DNA of 64,000 bases from Spirochaetia bacterium (GTDB lineage: Bacteria > Spirochaetota > Spirochaetia > SZUA-6 > Bin103), in assembly GCA_965199955.1 (NCBI GenBank), contig CBDATQ010000002.1, forward strand, positions 1,472,001-1,536,000. Reading direction: 5' to 3'. The notes under the pieces were generated by a model, which worked only from the letters and a program-made list of their open reading frames with translations, did no database searches and was not told where the DNA came from. A program made the position numbers and the translations under genes. Shown here piece after piece: positions 57,484 through 64,000 of this stretch; the stretch's first letter is position 1; every line of letters begins with the position of its first letter.

Positions 57484-58605
57484 ATGAAGCTCATCGGCAT
57501 CGAGCCGACGCCCAATCCGAACAGCATGAAGCTGGTGCTGGACGAAACGCTCGCGCCCGGGGTGAAGGCCACCTATCGCGCCGGGGACGAGGTTTCGGCC
57601 CCGCTGATTCGAGACCTCCTGTCGATCGCCGGCGTCGCCGGCCTCTTTCACACCTCGGACTTCATGGCCGTGCAGCGGACGCCCGGCACGGACTGGCAGG
57701 GGATTCTCGCTCAGGTTCGGACCACGTTCGACGCTGCAGCCGGCGTGAGCGCCGAGGTCGACGTGCCGCGCACCGAGAGCGCCGCACAGGAGCTGCTGGT
57801 GTCGATGCAGGTGTTCCGCGACATCCCCATGCAGGTAAGGGTGACCGGCGACGGTGAGGAGATCCGCCGAGGACTCGGGCGCCGCTTCGACGCGGCCGTG
57901 AAGCGCGCCATGCCGGCCTCCAGGAACCCGTTGATGGAGCGGCGCTGGGTCGAGCTCGGCACGCGCTACGGGGACTCCGGGGAGGTGGCCGCGAGCGTCG
58001 TGGCGGAGGTGCGTGCGCTGTACGACTCGGATCGGCTTGCGCGGCTGACCGATCGCGCGCTCTCGCCCGATCCGGATGAGCCGGAGGCCGGACGGGACCG
58101 CCGGAGGCTGATCGGAGATCTGGATGACCCCGACTGGCGCGCGCGCTATCGGGCGCTCCGCAGGCTGGGGTCCGACGCCGGGCTGCTGCCCAGGATCGTC
58201 GCGCTCGCCAGCGACGCCCACCTGTCGGTGCGCAGGCAGGCGATCGTGCTGTTGGGGCTGTCCAGGGACGAGAGGGCTCTGGCTCCGCTGCGCGACGCGC
58301 TGCGTGACCCGATCGCGGCGGTCCGTCGAACCGCCGGAGATGCGCTCAACGATCTGGGCAATACCGAGGTCGCGGCGGCGATCGCCGAGACCCTGACCGA
58401 CAGCAGCGCCCTGGTTCGCTGGCGTGCTGCACGGTTCCTCTTCGAGCTGGGCGACGAGCGCTCGCTGCCAAGCTTGCGGGCCGCCAGGGACGACCAGGTG
58501 TTCGAGGTGCGCATGCAGATCGAGCAGGCGATCGAGCGCATCGAGAGCGGGGCGAGGCCCGAGGGGCCGGTCTGGCAGCGAATGACCCGCAGCGACCGGC
58601 CGTGA
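57484..58605 (+). CDS. CvfC/YpgR-like protein (NifU N-terminal domain + virulence-factor domain + HEAT repeats)
   Basis: IEPTPNPNSMK, DFMAVQR....DW..IL, FRDIPMQV, RYGD, HEAT repeats VRRTAGDAL, LVRWRAARFL, GPVWQRM. Confidence 0.85.
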   Translation: MKLIGIEPTPNPNSMKLVLDETLAPGVKATYRAGDEVSAPLIRDLLSIAGVAGLFHTSDFMAVQRTPGTDWQGILAQVRTTFDAAAGVSAEVDVPRTESAAQELLVSMQVFRDIPMQVRVTGDGEEIRRGLGRRFDAAVKRAMPASRNPLMERRWVELGTRYGDSGEVAASVVAEVRALYDSDRLARLTDRALSPDPDEPEAGRDRRRLIGDLDDPDWRARYRALRRLGSDAGLLPRIVALASDAHLSVRRQAIVLLGLSRDERALAPLRDALRDPIAAVRRTAGDALNDLGNTEVAAAIAETLTDSSALVRWRAARFLFELGDERSLPSLRAARDDQVFEVRMQIEQAIERIESGARPEGPVWQRMTRSDRP

Positions 58606-59228
58606 ACGTCTCCTTCGCGCTGCCGACGTTGCAGGCGGCGTGGTCCCCGCGACATGGCCACACCGTCGTGCGCTTTCGGGACCGCTTCTGGCTCTACGGC
58701 GGGTGCGAGGAGCAGAGCGAGGATCCGGCGGCGATCCTGGGGGACATCTGGTCGTCCGCCGACGGTGCGGCGTGGCGCCGGGAGGTGGACTCCGCGGCGT
58801 GGCCCGACCGCTACCTGCAGCAGATGGTCGTGTACCGCGGACGCATCTGGATGTTCGGCGGCATGCATCGCTATCGGCCTGAGCGCGTGAACCTCAACGA
58901 CGTGTGGTGCTCCGCCGACGGCGTGAGCTGGGAGCAGGTGACCGGGTCGGCGTCGTGGCCGCCGCGCCACGTGTTCGCCGCCACCGTCCACGACGGGCGC
59001 ATGTGGGTGGGCTGCGGCGCGCCGGACGGCGAGGTGTATTACGACGACCTGTGGTGGTCCACCGACGGCGCCGACTGGCGCCGCCACCCGGCGACGCTGC
59101 CGTGGCCCGGGCGGCATTGCGCCTCGCCGCTGCTGTGGGACGGCGCGGTGTGGCTATTCGGTGGATGCGAGAGCGGCCCGCGCGAGGCACACTACAACGA
59201 CGTGCACACGATGCGCTTTCAGGAGTAG
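58602..59228 (+). CDS. Short Kelch-like repeat protein
   Basis: About four repeats of W.PR..H....(H/Y).GR.W..GG......D.W.S.DG..W; GTGA overlap with the upstream gene. Confidence 0.75.
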   Translation: MNVSFALPTLQAAWSPRHGHTVVRFRDRFWLYGGCEEQSEDPAAILGDIWSSADGAAWRREVDSAAWPDRYLQQMVVYRGRIWMFGGMHRYRPERVNLNDVWCSADGVSWEQVTGSASWPPRHVFAATVHDGRMWVGCGAPDGEVYYDDLWWSTDGADWRRHPATLPWPGRHCASPLLWDGAVWLFGGCESGPREAHYNDVHTMRFQE

Positions 59229-59232
59229 AACG

Positions 59233-60771
59233 ATGGGCGGGGCGCTGGACTACTTTCGGGGCGAGCCGCTGGAGGTGGGGACCACCCCGCAGTTCCTGTT
59301 CGACGATCACGCGGTGGAGGACGTCTGGAGCCTGCAGCGGGTGTCCCAGATCGCCGCCAAGTTTCCGGGCAATCCGGTTGTGGTCCCGGACCAGATCGGC
59401 GAGTCCTATTGCTACGAGTCGCACGTGGTGCGGGAGGACAGGGGCGCCTCGGACGGGGGCCGCTTCCGCATGTGGTACCAGGACTCGGACAGCCAGGCCC
59501 ACCATCGCGGCGCACCCGAGCCGGGATCCGCAGAGGGCCACGGCGACTTCTGCCGCTACGCGGAGAGCGAAGACGGCGTGCACTGGGTCAAGCCCGAGCT
59601 CGGCCTGCTGCGCCGTCACGGCAGCGACCGCAACAACATCGTGCTGGCAGGCGTGTGCGAGTGCGACCGCTCGGCCGTCGTCCTCAATCCCGACCCGGAC
59701 GACCGCGAGCGCCGCTTCATCATGGGGTACCTGGACCAGCCGCGCGGCACCAGCGGCGTCTGCCTGGCCTATTCGGCCGACGGCATCCGCTGGCGGGAGG
59801 AACCGAGCAACCCGGTCATCCAGGGGCACTACGACTGCGTGAACACGCCGGTCTGGGACCCCGTGTCCGGCCACTGGCTGTGCTACACGCGGCCGACCGT
59901 GCACGCGTTCGGCTACGTGCGGCCGGAGCGGGGCTGGACGGACGTCGACTGGGAGCGCGGCGAGGGCCGCCACCACCGGCGGCACGTGAGCGTGACGGTC
60001 AGCCGCGACCTGGTGAGCTGGGGCAAGGTGCGCACGGTCTTCTATCCGGACGAGCTGGACGCCGACTGGCCGGACATCGACCACTTCCGGCCCTTCTTCC
60101 ACAACGGGTTGTTCCTGGCCAACGCATCCTACGTCGACCCGTCCGGCGGCCGCTTCGGACAGCTCCGTTTCATGTGGAGCCGCGACGGCTTTCGCTGGCA
60201 GCAGGCGCCGGACCGCGCCTGGTTCATCCCGCGGGGGCCCGAGGGCCACTTCGACGACGGCTGGATCCTGGGAGCGTCGGCGCCGGTCGCGGTCGGCCAC
60301 CAGATGTGGTTCTACTACGGCGGCCAGCCGCTGCAGATGCAGGTCGCCGTGGACCGGGGCAGCGCCGTCGGGCTGGCCAAGCTGCCGCGGGACCGGTTCG
60401 TGTCGCTCAAGGCGGAAGGCGAGCCCGGCTTCCTGCTGACGCGCGAGGTGCGCATCGCCGGCAACGAGCTGCGGCTGAACTGCGCCACCGGCCAGCGTTT
60501 TCCCAGCCGGACCGGCATGGCCGCGCTGGGCGACATCCGCGTCGAGCTGGTGGAGTCGCTGCCGGCGCGGGAGGCGGTGGTGGGCGGCCGGCCCGTGCCG
60601 GGCTACACGATGGACGACTGCGACCCGATCCGCACCAACCGCATCGACCACCGCGTGACCTGGAACGGGAAGTGGGACCTGGGCGAGTTGCGCGGTCGGG
60701 CGCTGCACCTGCGTTTCCGCCTCACCGAGTCGGAGCTGTTCACGTTCACGTTCGGAAACGCAGCAGAGTGA
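59233..60771 (+). CDS. Beta-propeller glycoside hydrolase-like protein; paralog 5
   Basis: AGGAG SD; QFLFDD, YAESEDGVHWVKPELGL, WSRDGFRW, FDDG, DRFVS, LFTF. Confidence 0.75.
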   Translation: MGGALDYFRGEPLEVGTTPQFLFDDHAVEDVWSLQRVSQIAAKFPGNPVVVPDQIGESYCYESHVVREDRGASDGGRFRMWYQDSDSQAHHRGAPEPGSAEGHGDFCRYAESEDGVHWVKPELGLLRRHGSDRNNIVLAGVCECDRSAVVLNPDPDDRERRFIMGYLDQPRGTSGVCLAYSADGIRWREEPSNPVIQGHYDCVNTPVWDPVSGHWLCYTRPTVHAFGYVRPERGWTDVDWERGEGRHHRRHVSVTVSRDLVSWGKVRTVFYPDELDADWPDIDHFRPFFHNGLFLANASYVDPSGGRFGQLRFMWSRDGFRWQQAPDRAWFIPRGPEGHFDDGWILGASAPVAVGHQMWFYYGGQPLQMQVAVDRGSAVGLAKLPRDRFVSLKAEGEPGFLLTREVRIAGNELRLNCATGQRFPSRTGMAALGDIRVELVESLPAREAVVGGRPVPGYTMDDCDPIRTNRIDHRVTWNGKWDLGELRGRALHLRFRLTESELFTFTFGNAAE

Positions 60772-60823
60772 GCGAAGCGAACCTCACTCGAAGAGTGAGC
60801 GGGCGGCGGGGCTCCCTCGCCTG

Positions 60824-60865
60824 AAGAAACGAAACGGGCACCTCCCTCGATGAGGGAGATGCCCG
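60824..60865 (-). terminator. Rho-independent terminator of the minus-strand ABC operon
   Basis: Stem CGGGCAcCTCCCTC-GAT-GAGGGAGaTGCCCG with an A-rich run on its left. Confidence 0.65.
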
Positions 60866-60889
60866 CGCAGCATGGCGAAATGCTTCGGA

Positions 60890-62455
60890 CTAATACGGTA
60901 CGAAGTCCGCCTTGCTGATGTCGCGGATCGCGCGGACCTGCTCCAGGCCGGCGCGCTCCAGGGCGGCCAGGTAGTCGCTCCAGTCGCCGTCGTCGTTCGG
61001 GTCCAGGGTCCCCATCAGGAACTTCGACCCGTACTCGTCGCGCACGTCTCGGACCACCACTTCCAGGTCGGCCAGCATGTCCGAGTCGTCCGAGCTGAGG
61101 TTCCAGATGATGTGGTTACTGTTGCGCAGGAACGGGTGCACGGACAGCGCGTTCTGCGTCGGCATCGTGTCCCCCTGTCCGGTGGCGGCCAGGGCGTACT
61201 CGGCCGGGTAGTACATGCCCTTGACGAAGCCCTGCTCGTACATGCTCTGGCCCTGTGGGTTGGCCGTGGTGGCCATGTGGTCCATGAGGATCGGGATCCG
61301 CTCTCCGGACTCGTCCGTGCCCCAGTTGAAGGTCACCCCCTCGACGCCGTAGTACATGAAGATGCCGCCTTCGGGCGAGGCCAGGAAGTTGGTGTACTCC
61401 AGCCAGCGCTCCACCTGTTCGTCGGTGGCGCTCGTCGCGATCGAGCCGCCTTCGCCAAACGGCCTGCCCCGCGCGACGATCGGCTCCAGGCCGGGAGCAG
61501 TAACCACGCCGTCGTGCACGATCTTGAACTGGGCGGTGGGATCGTCGGGATCCACCACGCTGTTCACGTGGCCGATGCGGCCGACGTTGAAGAACATGAT
61601 GTGGTGCCTGCTCTCGGCCAGCAGCTCCGACCACTTGGTGAAGTCCTTCTGGTCCACCTCCGGGAAGACCAGGTCCTCCGCATACAGCTTGTTGATGAAC
61701 TTCATGACCTCGCGGTACTTGTCGGTCTGCGGACCGTAGGTCACCGCGCTGGTGTCCGGATCGATGAACCAGTCGTCCCAGGTTCGCCACGCCAGCAGGT
61801 AGCCGCCGGTCAGGGAGCGGTATCCGCGCGTCTTGGCCCATCCCTGGACCGGCCACGAGTCAGGATACTCGGCCTTGATCCGCTTCGCCGCTTCGTACAG
61901 CTCGTCGGTGTTGGAGGGGAAGGAGATGCCCAGCGCGTCGAACACCTGATCGCGGTACCCCCAGCCGTTGGCCAGGTAGATGGAGTTGGGGCTGGGATAG
62001 GAGTAGATGTTGCCGTCCGGTGACGGCGCAGCCTTCATCACGTATGCCCAGGAGGCGTCGTCGAAGTTGGCGCGAATGTTCGGCATCTCGTCCAGCAGGT
62101 CCTGCAGCGGCAGCAGGTATCCCTGCATCCCCCACTGGTCGGTGGTCGCCTTCGGCCACGGAAACAGGATGTCGGGCTCGTCGCCGGCTGCCAAGCGCAG
62201 CTCCATGATCGAGATGTACTCGCCGGACGGGACCATCTCGAAGGTGATGTCCAGGTCGAAGCGCTTGAGCATCTCCTCTACCCACAGGTTGTCCGGCGGC
62301 GGGATGAGGTCGCGCGAATAGCGGTACATGTAGTCGAGCTCGACGATGTCGCGCCCGGCTCCCGCCGCGGCCGGCTGCTCGCTGGTGGCGCTGGCCCACG
62401 CCAGCGACCCTGTGAGGATGAGCAGCATCGATAGTGCTACGAAGACTCGTTTCAT
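60890..62455 (-). CDS. Extracellular solute-binding protein (LplA-like)
   Basis: AAGGAG SD; signal peptide followed by EQPAAAG; DGNIYSYP, YGVEGV, W.DYL..LE.AGL. Confidence 0.9.
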   Translation of the reverse strand: MKRVFVALSMLLILTGSLAWASATSEQPAAAGAGRDIVELDYMYRYSRDLIPPPDNLWVEEMLKRFDLDITFEMVPSGEYISIMELRLAAGDEPDILFPWPKATTDQWGMQGYLLPLQDLLDEMPNIRANFDDASWAYVMKAAPSPDGNIYSYPSPNSIYLANGWGYRDQVFDALGISFPSNTDELYEAAKRIKAEYPDSWPVQGWAKTRGYRSLTGGYLLAWRTWDDWFIDPDTSAVTYGPQTDKYREVMKFINKLYAEDLVFPEVDQKDFTKWSELLAESRHHIMFFNVGRIGHVNSVVDPDDPTAQFKIVHDGVVTAPGLEPIVARGRPFGEGGSIATSATDEQVERWLEYTNFLASPEGGIFMYYGVEGVTFNWGTDESGERIPILMDHMATTANPQGQSMYEQGFVKGMYYPAEYALAATGQGDTMPTQNALSVHPFLRNSNHIIWNLSSDDSDMLADLEVVVRDVRDEYGSKFLMGTLDPNDDGDWSDYLAALERAGLEQVRAIRDISKADFVPY

Positions 62456-62545
62456 CGCATGTTCTCCTTGGTGGTTGAATGTTCATATTTCTGGTGAAGC
62501 GATCGGTTTGCTACATTCGGTACCCTCCGTCGGACGCGGGGCGAA

Positions 62546-63457
62546 TCACGCCTTCAGCGATCCGATCATGACGCCCTTGGCGAAATACTTCTGCATGAAC
62601 GGATAGACGATCAGCATCGGCAGCATCGCCGCGATCAGCGTGGCGTGCTTGAGCTTCTCGTAGTTGATGTAGTTGTCGCGGGACGCGACCAGCCGCATCG
62701 CCTGCATGTCGGACTCGTTGATGTCCAGCTCCTCGGCGATCATGCCCTGCTCCAGGATGATGTTGCGCAGCACGACCTGCAGGGGCTTCAGGTCGTGATC
62801 GCGCAGGAAGATCACCGCGTAGAACCACGAGTTCCAGTGGGACACCAGGTAGAACAGGCCGATCGTGGCGAGCGCGGCCTTGGAGACCGGCATGACGATG
62901 GAGACCAGGATCCTGATGTCGTTGGCGCCGTCCAGGTAGGCGGACTCCTCCATCTCCTGCGGGACGGCCTGGAAGAAGGTGCGCAGGATGATCACGTTGT
63001 AGGCGCTGACGGCCGCGGGCAGCACCACGGACCAGATCGTATCGAGCATCCCCAGCTTTTGTACCAGCAGGTAGAGCGGGATCAGGCCGCCGCCGAAGAA
63101 CATCGTGACGACCACCAGCACCATGTAGAAGGAGCGCAGGGTCAGCCGCCTCTTGGAGAGCGGATAGGCCATCGCGGTGGTCAGGCTCAGGCTGATCGTG
63201 GTGCCCAGCGCCGCGTACATCACCTGGTTGCGGTAGCCGATCGGGATGTTCCGGGAGCTGAAGATCAGCTCGAAGGCGCGCATGCTGAACCCCTTGGGGT
63301 AGAAGGTGACGGTCTTCTTGATCACGGCGTCCCCGCCGCTCACCGCCATGGAGGCGACGTGCAGCACCGGGTACAGCGTGACGATCACGACCAGCAGCAA
63401 CGCGCCGTAGACGAAGACGTCGAGCAGCAGCGAGCCGGGCGACGTGTCACGAATCAT
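62546..63457 (-). CDS. Carbohydrate ABC permease (LplC-like)
   Basis: ATG 63457; FFGGGLIP.Y, EESAYLDGA, WNSWF, YPFMQKYFAKGVMIGSLKA. Confidence 0.92.
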   Translation of the reverse strand: MIRDTSPGSLLLDVFVYGALLLVVIVTLYPVLHVASMAVSGGDAVIKKTVTFYPKGFSMRAFELIFSSRNIPIGYRNQVMYAALGTTISLSLTTAMAYPLSKRRLTLRSFYMVLVVVTMFFGGGLIPLYLLVQKLGMLDTIWSVVLPAAVSAYNVIILRTFFQAVPQEMEESAYLDGANDIRILVSIVMPVSKAALATIGLFYLVSHWNSWFYAVIFLRDHDLKPLQVVLRNIILEQGMIAEELDINESDMQAMRLVASRDNYINYEKLKHATLIAAMLPMLIVYPFMQKYFAKGVMIGSLKA

Positions 63458-63465
63458 GCCCGTTC

Positions 63466-64000
63466 TCACCACAGGCTGTGCTCCGTGTAGCGGCGTGCCA
63501 GCCGGTTGGCGGCGATCAGGAAGCCCAGGTTGATGACCGAGTTGAACAGCCCCACGGCTGCGCCGTAGCTGAAGTCCGCCTTGAACAGCCCGCGCCGCAC
63601 CAGGAAGGTGCTGATCACGTCGGCGGTCTCGTAGGTTGCCGGGCTGTACATCAGGTATACCTTCTCGAAACCGACGCTCAGCAGGGCGCCCGCCCGCAGG
63701 ATGGTCAGGACGATGATCGTGGCGGCGATGGTCGGCAGGGTGACGTGGCGCATGCTCTGCAGCCGGGAGGCGCCGTCGATCGTGGCCGCCTCGTAGAGCT
63801 GCGGGTCGACCTGCGAGATCGCCGCCAGGTAGATGATCGCTCCCCAGCCGGCGTTCTGCCAGATGCCGGTCATGACGTAGAGGGGTCGGAACCACCCCGG
63901 TTCGTTCATGAAGTAGATCGGCTCGATGCCGAAGTTGACCAGGACTCGATTGAGCACGCCCTCGGAGGGCGACAGGAACAGCGCCGCCAGCGACACCAGC
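63466..64000 (-). CDS. Carbohydrate ABC permease (LplB-like), 5' partial
   Basis: GWGAIIYLAA, LYEAATIDGA, GFEKVYLM; runs off the window edge. Confidence 0.9.
   Translation of the reverse strand, partial: LVSLAALFLSPSEGVLNRVLVNFGIEPIYFMNEPGWFRPLYVMTGIWQNAGWGAIIYLAAISQVDPQLYEAATIDGASRLQSMRHVTLPTIAATIIVLTILRAGALLSVGFEKVYLMYSPATYETADVISTFLVRRGLFKADFSYGAAVGLFNSVINLGFLIAANRLARRYTEHSLW

Noticed and set aside
58602..59228. Repeated DNA motifs (TCCGCCGACGG...) as a CRISPR or tandem repeat
   Set aside because: They are the coding repeats of the Kelch-like protein; no repeat-spacer structure and no cas genes.
167..63490. Many long antisense or alternative-frame ORFs (e.g. 167..2356 -, 17184..19322 -, 21328..23454 -, 58894..60708 -)
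   Set aside because: Arg/Pro/Gly-rich shadow frames of real genes, expected at this GC content; no family motifs.

Overview
High-GC bacterial chromosomal window devoted almost entirely to uptake and catabolism of sugars and small organics. It holds several carbohydrate ABC modules with no ATPase gene. These include a ~16 kb locus with two binding proteins, four permeases, an NHL/TPR-YIP1 fusion, a DUF5696-like protein and two glycosidases. It also has five paralogous uncharacterised beta-propeller hydrolase-like genes, four GHL10/DUF187-like TIM-barrel genes, four PhyH-type dioxygenases, two Cys-type sulfatases, D-cysteine desulfhydrase and other enzymes. Small toxin-antitoxin, HNH, Uma2 and AAA genes are interspersed. 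Unusually, many 'intergenic' gaps are collapsed gene relics (distant parts of a gene joined, or two genes fused), alongside frameshifted and nonsense pseudogenes. The gene content resembles marine invertebrate (sponge) symbiont genomes, possibly a Spirochaetota lineage (inference only). No tRNA, rRNA, CRISPR array, transposase or phage gene was recognised. All family calls come from motif recognition by eye, not database searches.
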